64,000 nt of DNA from an uncultured Gammaproteobacteria bacterium (GTDB lineage: Bacteria; Patescibacteriota; Patescibacteriia; SG8-24): contig CAYOXM010000002.1 in assembly GCA_964407925.1 (NCBI GenBank), forward strand, positions 1,046 through 65,045. The letters are read 5' to 3'. Made by a program: the position numbers and the translations under genes. Below the pieces are notes generated by a model. That model ran no database searches. It saw only the letters and a list, made by a program, of their open reading frames with translations, and was not told the DNA's origin. Shown in pieces: positions 36,171 to 46,602 of the stretch. The stretch's first letter is position 1. Each line of letters opens with the position of its first letter.

Positions 36171-37375
36171 CAGGAGGCGAGCCGCGTGGCGACCGCGTCG
36201 ATGAATCCTTCCGTGGTCGCCGGTTCTTTCACTTCGAGCGTCGTCAGCTGCACGAGATCTTTCGTCATGATGCCGGCGTCGACGGTGTCCATCACCGCCT
36301 TCTCGAGGCGCTTCGCGAATGCCGTCACGTCCGGCGTCTTGTCGATCTCGCCCCGCTTCGCGAGCGCGCCGGTCCAGGCGAATATGCTCGCGACCGAGTT
36401 CGTCGAGGTCGGTTCGCCCTTCTGGTGCTTGTACCAGTGCCGCTGGACCGTGCCATGCGCGGCTTCGTATTCGTACACGCCGTTCGGGCTCACGAGCACC
36501 GAGGTCATCAGGCCCAGCGACCCGTAACCCGCGGCGAGCATGTCGGACATCACGTCGCCGTCGTAGTTCATGCAGGCCCACAGGATGCCGCCCTCGTGCC
36601 GCATCACCCGCGCGACGATGTCGTCGATGAGCGTGTAGAAGTGGTGAATGCCCGCCGCGTCGAAATCCTTGCGGCGCGTCTCGACCTCCTGTTCGAAAAT
36701 CTTCCTGAACGTCCCGTGATACGTCTTCGAAATCGTGTCCTTCGTGCCGAACCAGAGGTCCATTTTCTCCGACAGCGCGTACTCGATGCAGGCGCGCGCG
36801 AACGACATGATGGACTCCTCGGTGTTGTGAATCGCCTGCGCGATTCCCGGACCCTTGAGTTCGGTGACGAGCCGGCGTTCCTCAAGGCCGTTCGCGCCCG
36901 AGTAGATCAGTTCGACTTTGCCCGGGCCCCAACAGGCGATCTCGGCATTCTTATATATGTCGCCGTAGGCGTGGCGCGCGATGACGATCGGCTTTTTCCA
37001 CGAGCGGACCATCGGCGGAATGCTTTTCACCATGATCGGCTTGCGGAACACCGTGCCGTCGAGGATGCCCCGGATGGTGGCGTTCGGGCTGTCCCACGCG
37101 CGCTTCAGCGAGTACTCGAGCACGCGGTCGTTGTTCGGGGTGATGGTGGCGCATTTCACGCCGACGCCGTGGCGCAGGATTGCCTCCGCCGCCCCGACCG
37201 TCACCTTGTCGTCGGTCGCGTCGCGGTTCTTGATGCCGAGATCGAAGTACTCGAGATTGACGTCGAGGTTCGGAAGAATCAGTTTCTCCTTGATGAGTTG
37301 CCAGATGACGCGGGTCATCTCGTCGCCGTCGAGCTCGACGAGCGGCGTCAGGACCTTCGGTTTCGTGATTGGCAT
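36170..37375 (-). CDS. icd: NADP-dependent isocitrate dehydrogenase, eukaryote-like homodimeric (IDH1/2-type) subfamily.
   Basis: Near-collinear match to IDH1: [64 protein letters not shown]. Start at MPITKPKV. Confidence 0.85.
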   Translation of the reverse strand: MPITKPKVLTPLVELDGDEMTRVIWQLIKEKLILPNLDVNLEYFDLGIKNRDATDDKVTVGAAEAILRHGVGVKCATITPNNDRVLEYSLKRAWDSPNATIRGILDGTVFRKPIMVKSIPPMVRSWKKPIVIARHAYGDIYKNAEIACWGPGKVELIYSGANGLEERRLVTELKGPGIAQAIHNTEESIMSFARACIEYALSEKMDLWFGTKDTISKTYHGTFRKIFEQEVETRRKDFDAAGIHHFYTLIDDIVARVMRHEGGILWACMNYDGDVMSDMLAAGYGSLGLMTSVLVSPNGVYEYEAAHGTVQRHWYKHQKGEPTSTNSVASIFAWTGALAKRGEIDKTPDVTAFAKRLEKAVMDTVDAGIMTKDLVQLTTLEVKEPATTEGFIDAVATRLAS

Positions 37376-37435
37376 GGGCGTGCGGAAAGAGTTATCATCG
37401 TGGGCGAAGTGTACCATGACGAATTTTTGACTACT

Positions 37436-40129
37436 ATGCTCGACCCCTTCCGCGCCAAACGCACGCTCTCGACTGAGGACAGAGACGTCACCTACTATGC
37501 GCTCTCCGCGCTGCAAGAGGCGGGTTTAGCCAAAATTTCACGCCTCCCGTACGCGATTCGCGTGCTTTTGGAAGCGCTCCTGCGCACCGTCGACGGCCGT
37601 GCGGTGACTGAAGATGACGTCCGGCGACTCGCGCGCTGGGGAGAGGCGGGGAACGAAGGCGCGGAGCTCCCGTTCCGGCCCTCCCGCGTCGTCCTGCAGG
37701 ACTTCACGGGCGTCCCGTGCATCGCCGACCTCGCGGCGATGCGTGACGCGCTCGCCGAGGCCGGGGGCGATCCCGCCAAGGTGAACCCGCTCATCCCCGT
37801 CGATCTCGTCATCGACCATTCGGTGCAGGTGGACGCGCACGGCACGTCCGGCGCGCTCGCCGAAAACGTCCGGCGCGAATTCGAACGCAACGGCGAACGC
37901 TACGCGTTCCTCAAGTGGGGCCAGCGCGCGTTCGCGAACCTGCGCGTCGTCCCGCCGGCGACCGGCATCGTGCATCAGGTCAATTTGGAGCTGCTCGCGT
38001 CCGTCGTGCGCGTCGAGGAGCTCGGCGGGGAACGCGTCGCTTTCCCGGACACGGTCGTCGGCACCGACTCGCATACCACGATGATCAACGGTCTCGGCGT
38101 GCTGGGCTGGGGCGTCGGCGGCATCGAGGCGGAGGCGGCGATGCTGGGACAGCCCGTCGCCATGACCGCGCCGCCGGTCGTCGGCGTCGAACTGTCCGGC
38201 GCGTTGCGAGAAGGGGTGACGGCGACCGATCTCGTGCTCGCCATAACCGAGATCCTGCGGAAACACGGCGTCGTGGAAAAATTCGTCGAATTCCACGGGT
38301 CCGGCGCGTCCGCTCTCTCTCTCGCCGACCGCGCGACGGTCGCGAACATGGCTCCGGAATACGGCGCGACGGTCGGTTATTTCCCGATCGACGGCGAAAC
38401 GCTCCGCTACCTCCGTGCCACCGGTCGTGAGGAGCGTCATGTCGCGCTCGTCGAGGCGTACGCGAAGGCGCAGGGACTTTTCCGCGAGGACGGCGCGCCG
38501 ACCCCGTCGTATTCGGAGCGCGTCGCCATCGACCTCGCGCGCGTCGAGCCGGCCGTCGCGGGTCCGAAGCGTCCGCAGGACCGCGTTCCGCTCTCGCAGG
38601 TAAAACGATCGTTCCGCGAAGCGCTCATCGCGCCGACGGAGAAACGCGGCTACGGCCTCGCGCATGAAGCGCTGACGGGGAACGACGAGGCGGCGGTACG
38701 TCACGGATCGGTCATCATCGCCGCCATCACCAGCTGCACCAATACCTCGAATCCTTCAGTGATGCTTGCCGCGGGATTGCTCGCCAAAAAGGCGACCGAG
38801 CGGGGACTCCGCGTGCCGGACCACGTGAAAACCAGCCTCGCGCCGGGTTCGCGCGCGGTCACGGCGTATCTGGAAAAAGCAGGTCTCACCGCGCCGCTCG
38901 AGCAGCTCGGTTTCGGCGTCGTCGGCTACGGCTGCACGACGTGCATCGGGAACAGCGGACCGGTCGAAGACGCGATCGCCGAGCGCATCGAGCGTGACGG
39001 TATCGTTGCGGCCGCAGTGCTTTCCGGCAACCGCAATTTCGAAGGACGCGTGCATCCGTCAGCCAAGGCGAACTATCTCGCGTCGCCGCCGCTCGTCGTC
39101 GCATACGCGCTCGCGGGCCGCGTCGACGTCGATTTCGCGACCGAGCCGATCGGAATCGACTCCGCGGGGAAGCCGGTGACGCTCGCCGAACTTTGGCCGT
39201 CATCAGCGGAAATCGACGAAGCCATGCGCGGTGCGCTCACGCCCGAGGTGTTCCGCGAACAGTACGGCCGCGCGTTCGAGGGAAGCGCCGAGTGGCAAGC
39301 GGTGAAGGCCGCAGGAGGCGACCGCTACGCTTGGGACGCGGCTTCTTCCTACATCAAAGCGCCGCCGTTCTTCGCGTCGGCTCCCGCGAACGCGCCCGGT
39401 ATCGCCGGCGCGCGGGCGCTCGTCATGCTCGGCGACTCGGTCACGACCGACCACATCTCTCCCGCGGGCAACATCGCCATGAAGAGCGCGGCGGCGAAAT
39501 ACCTGATGGGACTTGGCGTCGTGCCTTCGGACTTCAATTCGTACGGCGCGCGTCGCGGCAACCACGAAGTGATGATGCGCGGGACGTTCGCGAACGTACG
39601 GCTCAAGAACCTTCTCGCGCCCGGCACCGAGGGCGGCGTCACGACGCACCTGCCGAGCGGCGACGTCATGAGCATCTTCGACGCGTCCGCGCGATACGTC
39701 GAAACGGGGACGCCGCTCATCGTCATCGCCGGCAAGGATTACGGCATGGGTTCTTCACGCGACTGGGCGGCAAAAGGGGTGCGACTGCTCGGCGTCAAGG
39801 CAGTGCTCTTCGAGAGCGTCGAGCGCATTCACCGAAGCAATCTCGCCGGCATGGGCATCCTGCCGCTGCAATTCAAGCCGGGAGAAACGCCCGCGACGCT
39901 CGGTCTTACGGGGCGGGAGACGTTCACCGTCGCGTACGATGCCGCGACGCTCGCACCGGGACAGGACCTGCGGATCGTCGCGCGACGCGACGATGGCGCG
40001 GAGACGACGTTCGTCGCGGTTTGCAGGCTCGATACGCCGGTCGAAATCGACTATCACCGCTGCGGCGGCATCCTCCCGTACGTCCTTCGCGCGATGTCGA
40101 AGACCGGAGCGACGCGCGTTCAGCCATAG
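37436..40129 (+). CDS. acnA: Aconitate hydratase A.
   Basis: 897 aa. N-terminus aligns with AcnA (..TYYALSAL...[17 protein letters not shown]). Cys ligands lie in the CTNTSNP and [10 protein letters not shown] regions. Confidence 0.85.
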   Translation: MLDPFRAKRTLSTEDRDVTYYALSALQEAGLAKISRLPYAIRVLLEALLRTVDGRAVTEDDVRRLARWGEAGNEGAELPFRPSRVVLQDFTGVPCIADLAAMRDALAEAGGDPAKVNPLIPVDLVIDHSVQVDAHGTSGALAENVRREFERNGERYAFLKWGQRAFANLRVVPPATGIVHQVNLELLASVVRVEELGGERVAFPDTVVGTDSHTTMINGLGVLGWGVGGIEAEAAMLGQPVAMTAPPVVGVELSGALREGVTATDLVLAITEILRKHGVVEKFVEFHGSGASALSLADRATVANMAPEYGATVGYFPIDGETLRYLRATGREERHVALVEAYAKAQGLFREDGAPTPSYSERVAIDLARVEPAVAGPKRPQDRVPLSQVKRSFREALIAPTEKRGYGLAHEALTGNDEAAVRHGSVIIAAITSCTNTSNPSVMLAAGLLAKKATERGLRVPDHVKTSLAPGSRAVTAYLEKAGLTAPLEQLGFGVVGYGCTTCIGNSGPVEDAIAERIERDGIVAAAVLSGNRNFEGRVHPSAKANYLASPPLVVAYALAGRVDVDFATEPIGIDSAGKPVTLAELWPSSAEIDEAMRGALTPEVFREQYGRAFEGSAEWQAVKAAGGDRYAWDAASSYIKAPPFFASAPANAPGIAGARALVMLGDSVTTDHISPAGNIAMKSAAAKYLMGLGVVPSDFNSYGARRGNHEVMMRGTFANVRLKNLLAPGTEGGVTTHLPSGDVMSIFDASARYVETGTPLIVIAGKDYGMGSSRDWAAKGVRLLGVKAVLFESVERIHRSNLAGMGILPLQFKPGETPATLGLTGRETFTVAYDAATLAPGQDLRIVARRDDGAETTFVAVCRLDTPVEIDYHRCGGILPYVLRAMSKTGATRVQP

Positions 40130-40147
40130 CGGGACGCAGCAAAAGCG

Positions 40148-40180
40148 GGAAAGGCCGCGCACGCGCGGCCTTTTTTCGTC
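40148..40180 (+). terminator. Intrinsic terminator (aaaggccgcgc-acg-cgcgcggcc followed by TTTTTT).
   Basis: Hairpin plus T-run after the acnA stop. Confidence 0.6.
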
Positions 40181-40207
40181 TGCGGGGATGCGGTATGCTG
40201 AATGCCT

Positions 40208-41524
40208 ATGCGAACCTCAACTTTTCTCGCCTTCGCGCTTCTCGCCACGCTCGTTTTTCCCGCGCCGTCGCAAGCCGGAACGCTCGCCGACCGTCTGCGC
40301 GGCTACGTCCTTTTGCAAGTCCAGCAGCACGGCGAGGCGTGGTACGTGTCGCCGACGGACGGATCGCGCACGTACATGAAAGACGGCGCAGCGGCATTTT
40401 CCGTCATGCGTTCCCACGGCCTCGGCATCACCGACGCGGACCTATCGTCGCTCCAAGCGGGGAACGCGGCGCTCAAGTCGCGCCTCCTCGGGCGCATCGT
40501 GCTCCAAGTCCAGCAGCACGGCGAGGCGTGGTACGTATGTCCTCGCGACGGCGTCGTGACGTACATGAAGGACGGTGCGGCGGCGTTTGCCATCATGCGC
40601 GCCTGCGGCCTCGGCATCACCGACGCGGACCTCGGTACCATCGCCGTCGCGGGATCGACATCTGCGTCCGCCTCGCCGAGCGTGCCAGCCTCGGGAATCG
40701 CGTCCATCGGCGGCTGCCAGATGTTTCCGGCGGACAATCCGTGGAATCGCGACATCTCCAAAGACCCCGTCCATCCGAAGTCCGCGACATACGTCGCCTC
40801 CATCGGCAGCGGCGGTCACCTTCACCCCGATTTCGGCGGAAACGGCGAGTACGGCATTCCTTATGACGTCGTTCCGGGGACGCAGCCGAAAGTGCCGATA
40901 ACGTGGACCGCGTACGGCGACGAATCCGATCCCGGTCCGTATCCGATTCCGCCGAACGCAAAAGTCGAGAATGGCAGCGATGCGCACGTGCTCGTGCTCG
41001 ATAGCGGGGCTTGCAAGCTCTATGAGCTGTACGCGGCCGCGAAGACGGCGAACGGATGGTCGGCGGATTCCGGCGCGGTCTTTGATTTGAAGTCCAACGC
41101 CCTGCGGCCCGAGGGGTGGACGTCCGCGGACGCTGCCGGGCTGCCGATCCTTCCCGGGCTCATTCGCTATGACGAAGTCGCCGCCGGAGCGGTGAAGCAC
41201 GCCATCCGCTTCACGGCGAGCCGCACCCAGAACGGCTGGATCCATCCTGCCACGCATCATGCCGGATCGAATGATCCCAGCCGTCCGCCCATGGGACTGC
41301 GCATGCGCCTGAAGGCAGACTACGACCTTTCCGGATTTTCTGGCCAGTCGCGCGTCATTCTCGAGGCGATGAAGAAATACGGACTGATTCTCGCCGACAA
41401 CGGCTCGAATTGGTTCTTCACGGGCGCCGCCGATCCTCGGTGGGACGACGATGACCTCAACCAAATGAAGGCGGTTCCGGGAAGCGCGTTCGAGGCGGTC
41501 TATACGGGAGAAATACTGAGGTAG
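40208..41524 (+). CDS. Secreted protein with two tandem ~51-aa N-terminal repeats of the Parcubacteria-type exported-protein module and a C-terminal domain of unknown function.
   Basis: Signal peptide MRTSTFLAFALLATLVFPAPSQA; repeats RL.G..LQVQQHGEAWYV.P.DG..TYMKDGAAAF..MR..GLGITDADL. The -10 element TATGCT (40194-40199) makes 40208 a likelier start than 40202. Confidence 0.55.
   Translation: MRTSTFLAFALLATLVFPAPSQAGTLADRLRGYVLLQVQQHGEAWYVSPTDGSRTYMKDGAAAFSVMRSHGLGITDADLSSLQAGNAALKSRLLGRIVLQVQQHGEAWYVCPRDGVVTYMKDGAAAFAIMRACGLGITDADLGTIAVAGSTSASASPSVPASGIASIGGCQMFPADNPWNRDISKDPVHPKSATYVASIGSGGHLHPDFGGNGEYGIPYDVVPGTQPKVPITWTAYGDESDPGPYPIPPNAKVENGSDAHVLVLDSGACKLYELYAAAKTANGWSADSGAVFDLKSNALRPEGWTSADAAGLPILPGLIRYDEVAAGAVKHAIRFTASRTQNGWIHPATHHAGSNDPSRPPMGLRMRLKADYDLSGFSGQSRVILEAMKKYGLILADNGSNWFFTGAADPRWDDDDLNQMKAVPGSAFEAVYTGEILR
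40292..40633 (+). repeat. Intragenic tandem direct repeat: two ~153-nt units (40292-40444 and 40481-40633) separated by a 36-nt spacer, period 189 nt, with long identical nucleotide cores.
   Basis: Identical stretches caagtccagcagcacggcgaggcgtggtacgt and ggcctcggcatcaccgacgcggacct occur in both copies. Confidence 0.8.
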
Positions 41525-41544
41525 GCGGCGACGCGACGCAAAAA

Positions 41545-41553
41545 TGCTATACT
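41545..41553 (+). promoter_or_regulatory. Extended -10 element TGCTATACT ending 6 nt before the ATG at 41560 (leaderless arrangement), inside a 36-nt intergenic gap.
   Basis: Sequence motif. Confidence 0.45.
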
Positions 41554-41559
41554 GGCGGC

Positions 41560-42840
41560 ATGGGCGTCTCCGCGAAAAATCCGAACACGGCTGAGCACAG
41601 GCACGAGCTGTCCGACGACGATGCCGTCGAGCTTTATCGTTGGCTGACGATTCCGCGCGTCGCTACCGTCGGCGTCATGGTCGCCGCCATTTCTTGGTTC
41701 TGGTTCCATGGCGCCATCGACTTCGATCCCGAACCGATCATCTTCGGGCTCGTGCCGATTTTCCTTGCCGCTTCGGCGACCGTCGGCGTCCTCATCATGC
41801 GCAAGCTGCGCGCCGCGTTCCTGCTCGTGGTCCAGCTCGTCATCGACACGATGGGCGTCACCGCGGCGATCCTCATGACCGGAGGCATTCGCAGCCCGTT
41901 CATAGGCATGTACGTCCTTGTCATCGTTTCCGCCGGGATCATCTCGACGGGGACCGCGATCGGCATCGGCCTGCTCATCGCCGCGCTGTACGGCGGGATG
42001 GCCTGGCTGGACCGTCTCGGCGGACCGGTCGTCCACGGGATGTCGATGGGGTACGCGCAAAACGACGCCATCAGCCTGACGGTATACGTCCTCGTCGTGG
42101 CGCTCGTCGCCTTCCAAAGCCAATTTTACGCGCGACGCATCCGCGAGAAGGACGAGGAACTCCTCAAGCTCAAGGACGAATTCCTCTTTCGCACCATACA
42201 CGACCTCCGCTCGCCGTCGACGGTCATCAGGCTCATTCTCGAAAAATACGCCGATCCCGTCCTGCACCGTAAATTCCCGGAAATGGAGGGCGACATCGGC
42301 ATGATCCAGGGCGCGCTCGGGCGCATGACGAACCTCATTGAGGACCTCCTCAAGATCGGCCGCGGGGAGCAGACCGGATTCGTGCTGAAAAAGGACGCGC
42401 TTGATCCGGCGGCGGTTATGAACGGCGTCATCGCCGAGCTCGGTCCCGTCATCAAGAAGAAAAACGTGACGGTCGAGCATGTCGCGGCGGGCGCGGCGAA
42501 GATTCTCGGCGACGCGGAGAAGCTGAAGGAGGCATTCAACAATTTCGTGGAAAACGCGGTGAAGTACAACCGCGATGGCGGCGCGATAACCGTCGCCTAC
42601 CGGAAGGAGGCACGCGCCCTTGCCGTCACCATTGCCGACACGGGCATCGGCATTTCGGAAAAGAGCCTCCAGAAACTTTTCACGCCGTATTTCCGGGGGG
42701 ACATCGGGCGGGAAATACAGGGGACGGGGCTCGGCCTCTACATGACCAAACGGCTTATCGAAAAAATGGGAGGCGCGGTCGCGGTGGCGTCCGTGAAGGA
42801 AAAGGGGACGACATTCACCGTGCGGCTGCCGCTCGCGTGA
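41560..42840 (+). CDS. Membrane sensor histidine kinase (multi-TM N-terminus, HisKA, HATPase_c), orphan.
   Basis: H-box FRTIHDLRSP, N-box NFVENAVKYN, G-boxes DTGIGI and GTGLGL. Confidence 0.75.
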   Translation: MGVSAKNPNTAEHRHELSDDDAVELYRWLTIPRVATVGVMVAAISWFWFHGAIDFDPEPIIFGLVPIFLAASATVGVLIMRKLRAAFLLVVQLVIDTMGVTAAILMTGGIRSPFIGMYVLVIVSAGIISTGTAIGIGLLIAALYGGMAWLDRLGGPVVHGMSMGYAQNDAISLTVYVLVVALVAFQSQFYARRIREKDEELLKLKDEFLFRTIHDLRSPSTVIRLILEKYADPVLHRKFPEMEGDIGMIQGALGRMTNLIEDLLKIGRGEQTGFVLKKDALDPAAVMNGVIAELGPVIKKKNVTVEHVAAGAAKILGDAEKLKEAFNNFVENAVKYNRDGGAITVAYRKEARALAVTIADTGIGISEKSLQKLFTPYFRGDIGREIQGTGLGLYMTKRLIEKMGGAVAVASVKEKGTTFTVRLPLA

Positions 42841-42847
42841 ACGGCCG

Positions 42848-42885
42848 CAATAAAAGCCCCCGCAACGCTGCGGGGGCTTTCAAAT
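42848..42885. terminator. Bidirectional intrinsic terminator (aaaagcccccgc-aacgct-gcgggggcttt).
   Basis: Hairpin between convergent genes. Confidence 0.6.
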
Positions 42886-43326
42886 TCACTGCTCCGTCCG
42901 TTCGGTCCAGCACGTCCTTCCGGCGGGATGGGACCAGTAGTCCGTCGCCGGGGCGACGCCCGGTTTGCCGATGGGCGCGGGTCGCGCCGGCTTTTCGGAG
43001 GGGAGTTCGAAGGTCGCACAGAGCTCGAACGACGTCGATGAGACGGCGCGGTAGCCGTACGGTTCTCCCGTCCGCGGATCAGCAGCCATGACCTCGGGGT
43101 ATCGCTCGGCGAGCGCGGCGAGCGACGCGGGAAGCGCGCCTTCCTGCTCGAGCGTCATCCGCGCGGCCGACGCGAGGGACTGGAGCGCCGCGGAACGCTC
43201 CTGGTCGAACCGCCGCATGCGCTCGTCATTCGGGTTGCCGGCCATGAATGCTCCCGCCGCCAGCGCGCATGCGGCGACGAGGGCTGCGGAAAGGGCGAGA
43301 ATCCTCCTGAGGGCGTCGGTCTTCAT
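42886..43326 (-). CDS. Small secreted hypothetical protein (~146 aa).
   Basis: Start at MKTDALRRILALSAALVAACALAAGA; its ATG overlaps the upstream stop (ATGA). Confidence 0.4.
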   Translation of the reverse strand: MKTDALRRILALSAALVAACALAAGAFMAGNPNDERMRRFDQERSAALQSLASAARMTLEQEGALPASLAALAERYPEVMAADPRTGEPYGYRAVSSTSFELCATFELPSEKPARPAPIGKPGVAPATDYWSHPAGRTCWTERTEQ

Positions 43327-43952
43327 GCGTCGTTCTCCTCGCGGCGGAGGTCCAGCAGGTAGTAGAGGAGCGTGCCACCGGTGATGGCGAGCACGGTGAG
43401 CGCCTTCAGGGCGAAGCGCGCCGTCATGTCCCCCTCGAGAAACCCGTTGATGAGGGCGATCAGGTCGACGATTCCGGCGGCTCCCGCGGTGAACAGCGTC
43501 ACGTACGTGAGCCACTTGCGCACCTTCGACGCGCGCTTCGCGGGGTCGCGCCGCGCCGCCCGTTCCGCCGTCCAGGACAGGAAGGCGAACACGGGGCCGG
43601 CGACGACGAGCGCCGAAAGCGCGAGGCGCACGGTCGACGCGGAACCGTTGGCGTACTGGTTCAGCGGATCGGCGATCAGCCGGTCGATGCCTTCGAATGC
43701 CAGCGTGCCGACGCTGAACGCGCTGATGTAGAGGCAGAGGAAGAGCGTGAGGTAGTGGAACGCCTCACGCGCCGAAAGGTACGGCTTGCGACGCGGAACG
43801 GGCACGGGAAAATCCATGTCGACATAGGCGTCGAGCGCGTCGCGCACGTCGTCGTCCGGCCAGCCGGCGTCCTTCAGGGCGGCGGCGATTTTGACGTTTT
43901 CGACGCCGCGGACCTTCGCTTCCTTTACGAAATCCTTCAGCTCCTGCTCCAT
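43323..43952 (-). CDS. Membrane protein with an N-terminal soluble helical domain and four TM helices (DUF5671-like; assignment uncertain).
   Basis: 209-aa ORF with high GC3. Confidence 0.45.
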   Translation of the reverse strand: MEQELKDFVKEAKVRGVENVKIAAALKDAGWPDDDVRDALDAYVDMDFPVPVPRRKPYLSAREAFHYLTLFLCLYISAFSVGTLAFEGIDRLIADPLNQYANGSASTVRLALSALVVAGPVFAFLSWTAERAARRDPAKRASKVRKWLTYVTLFTAGAAGIVDLIALINGFLEGDMTARFALKALTVLAITGGTLLYYLLDLRREENDA

Positions 43953-44053
43953 CGGAAACTCCCTTCGACTGTTCGGGAAATGAACGTTGGCTCATCGTAG
44001 AGCCGCATCCGGAGAACGTCAACGAAGGACGCCGGCAGGCATCCTTGCGGACT

Positions 44054-44326
44054 CTAGGCGAGCGGAGAAGGCCGGCCTTCGTTGACGTCGCCGGCGAAAA
44101 AATACGCGGAACGGTATTCTTCGCCGAGGCCGCGCAGAAACGCCTCGCCGTCGGCGGGATAGGTCTGCCGCGCGAGCTGCATCGAGAAGACGCCGTCGGC
44201 CGCGATGCGCGCGCCGAGCGCGACGTCCCCCTCCCAGCTGACGTCCGTGCCGTCAAACGTGAACCTGACGAGCGTGATCGCCCTCCTCGCCGCCGCGTCA
44301 AACGTGCTGATATCGACCCATTGCAT
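44054..44326 (-). CDS. Small hypothetical protein (~90 aa) immediately downstream of the kinase-like gene.
   Basis: Start at MQWVDISTFD, 5 nt after the stop of the upstream gene. Confidence 0.35.
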   Translation of the reverse strand: MQWVDISTFDAAARRAITLVRFTFDGTDVSWEGDVALGARIAADGVFSMQLARQTYPADGEAFLRGLGEEYRSAYFFAGDVNEGRPSPLA

Positions 44327-44331
44327 ATTCG

Positions 44332-46602
44332 TCAGCCCTTGCCGATGCCGGCGTGAAAAATCGTCCACTCCGAATCCGGCAGGCGGAAATCGGGATCCGC
44401 GGCGCGGTGCAGCCTGCCCTCGAACTCCCTCCATGACCGCTTGCCGTCCTTCGGTCCGAGGAGCGTCATGAACATTTCCTTCAGGATGGCGAGCACCTCG
44501 CGATTTTCGAGAAGGTCCTCGACATTCTTGCGCAGGCCTTCGGGGACGGGCTCTCCGTTGACCTCCGTCAGCGGGAAGGAGCGCAGCTTGTCGTAATCGT
44601 GTACCCGTTCTCCGAAAATCGCGCCGTTGTCGATTGCGACATGCTTGCCGTCCTTGCTGATGAGCCAGTTGCCTGCGTGCCGGTCGCTGTTCTGCGTAAG
44701 CCAGTCAAACAGCCCGAGCTTTTTCAGCTCCTCGCGATGCCGGTCCTCCGCCCATCCGACGGTCGTCGCGACGTCGCCGACCTTCCAGTCCTGAACCGCG
44801 GCGATGCCTTCGGGTCCGTTGCGCAGGACCGTCGCTGGCACGAGGCCGAAACGCAACGCGCGGTCGATGAACGACGCCAGCACTTCGCGTCCCACCATGC
44901 CGCCTTCCGGAATGCCGTCGCGAACGCCGCGCTCGCGCAATCGCGACTTGTACAGCGCGGGCATGTCGCGGCCCTCGATGAGGACGTATCGCGGGCTGTT
45001 CGCGCTTTCGCCGCTGACGGCGCCGACGCGCTGAATGCGTCCGTGCAGCCGCTGCTCGTCGCCCACGCGCGACCGCTCGGCCTCGGCAGCGCCCAGAATG
45101 GTTCGTTCCATCGCGAGCATCAGGTCAACGCTCGCCCTGTCGGTCTTTTCGATGAGCATCGCGGCTTCCTTCTCCTCGCGCGTCTCCCTGCGCTCGGGCA
45201 GGGAGTGCGCACGCGCCTCGTCAAGCATCGCCTCGGCGTCGCTGCTCGGGACGCCGAGCGCGTCCATGAGCGACAGCCGCTGCTCCATCGGGTAGCGGCG
45301 GAGGATGTCGACGACCGTGTCATGCGAAAAACGCATCGCCTCGGCGGCGCTCGGTAGCAGGGCGGGATTTTTTTCGAGCAAGTCCTGCGTAACCGCGATT
45401 TTTTCTTCCAAAGAAAGGTCGGAACCCGTCGCCGCGACGTAATCAGGGAAGGCGTCGGGATGCTTTCTGGCCAATCGAAGACCGACGGCGAGCTTCTCGG
45501 AGGCGCTCAGGCCGAGTTCGTCAAGACGACCGCCCAGTTCGGGAAGACCCGCGACCATGGTGACGAGCGCGTCGATTTGCGCGTCCGGTCCGAGGTCGGG
45601 CAACCGCTTGAGCCCCTCGAGCGCCGACGGCGGATGCGCTTCCGCAAGGATGCGCAAATTCCTTATCTGGCGCTCCAGCGGAAGGTCGGCCAGCGCTTTA
45701 GCCGATGCGGAGGGGTTCGATTCGACGAGCGCGTCGGCGATTTTCACGTCAGCCACGCCCTCGAACAGCTCGGGAAACTCCTTAAGTACCGGCGTGCCGC
45801 CCTTGACGACGGCGCGCAGAAGAAGCGGTTCGCGGTCGTCATCCGCGGGAGGCGTTCGGCGCATCGCCTCGAGCGCCATGCGGACGTCGAACGAGGAGCC
45901 GCCGCCCGTCGCGAGCACTTCCGCGGGCGCCATCTTCCTGCGCTGCGCCGCCGCCGTCCGTTTTCCGAGATACGTCTCGAAAAAACGGCGGCGCACTGCC
46001 GGACCGGCCTCTTCGAGCAGTCCCGCGTAACGCTCGGCGAGGGGAAGGGCGGCGGCGTCGAGCGAGGCGAAGTCAAGTTTGGCCTCGATCTCGGGCCAGT
46101 CGTCCGGATGCGCACGCGCGGCGGCCTCGAACTTGTCATCAATGACCGCCATGAACGCGTCGGGGTCGTCGCGCAATTTCTCCGGCATTTTGTCCAGTGC
46201 GCCCGCGGTGGCGGGGAAAAAATGCCGATCGAGGAAATCCAGGTACGCGCGCGAACCCTCGGTCTCCGGTGCCTCTTCGGCGATAGCTTCGGCCTCGCGC
46301 CGCGCCTCTTCCGCGATCGCCCGCATGCGTTCGGCGTTCTCGCGAAGGAACTCCTCGCTGTCGCGCTTCAGCTGGGTAAGTTCGAACGGGACGTCGTCCA
46401 GGCCTTCGGTCGCGGAACCCATGACGGCGGCAGCCTGCCTCTCGGCCTCTGCGATGTCGTCGATGAGCGCGCGATACTCGCGTCCCGACGACTCCCTCGG
46501 CGTTTCTCTACCCTCCGAAAGCGGCTCCGGCCGCCCTTCAGGGCCGACGGGCCGCTCCGGAAACGGCATTTCGCGCGACTGTTCCGTCGGCATACGCGTC
46601 AT
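44332..46602 (-). CDS. Large (~755 aa) protein with a C-terminal PI3K/PI4K-like atypical kinase catalytic signature; the acidic alpha-helical N-terminal ~550 aa has no recognised domain.
   Basis: C-terminus LGLFDWLTQNSDRHAGNWLISKDGKHVAIDNGAIFG aligns with the PI3/4K catalytic loop GDRHxxN and the DFG-like IDxG motif. Confidence 0.55.
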   Translation of the reverse strand: MTRMPTEQSREMPFPERPVGPEGRPEPLSEGRETPRESSGREYRALIDDIAEAERQAAAVMGSATEGLDDVPFELTQLKRDSEEFLRENAERMRAIAEEARREAEAIAEEAPETEGSRAYLDFLDRHFFPATAGALDKMPEKLRDDPDAFMAVIDDKFEAAARAHPDDWPEIEAKLDFASLDAAALPLAERYAGLLEEAGPAVRRRFFETYLGKRTAAAQRRKMAPAEVLATGGGSSFDVRMALEAMRRTPPADDDREPLLLRAVVKGGTPVLKEFPELFEGVADVKIADALVESNPSASAKALADLPLERQIRNLRILAEAHPPSALEGLKRLPDLGPDAQIDALVTMVAGLPELGGRLDELGLSASEKLAVGLRLARKHPDAFPDYVAATGSDLSLEEKIAVTQDLLEKNPALLPSAAEAMRFSHDTVVDILRRYPMEQRLSLMDALGVPSSDAEAMLDEARAHSLPERRETREEKEAAMLIEKTDRASVDLMLAMERTILGAAEAERSRVGDEQRLHGRIQRVGAVSGESANSPRYVLIEGRDMPALYKSRLRERGVRDGIPEGGMVGREVLASFIDRALRFGLVPATVLRNGPEGIAAVQDWKVGDVATTVGWAEDRHREELKKLGLFDWLTQNSDRHAGNWLISKDGKHVAIDNGAIFGERVHDYDKLRSFPLTEVNGEPVPEGLRKNVEDLLENREVLAILKEMFMTLLGPKDGKRSWREFEGRLHRAADPDFRLPDSEWTIFHAGIGKG

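Noticed and set aside
36425-37435. The first ~337 codons of the 1234-aa plus-strand ORF that continues into acnA
   Set aside because: This part is antisense to icd. The AcnA homology starts only at MLDPFRAK (37436), so the long ORF is a read-through of an open antisense frame.
44332-46602. Alternative reading of the kinase-like protein as a HipA-family toxin
   Set aside because: The HipA catalytic motif is DxHxKN with an invariant Lys. Here the loop is DRHAGN (no Lys), and the downstream IDNG segment fits the PI3/4K DFG-like position better, so the PI3/4K-like interpretation is retained but flagged as needing a profile search.
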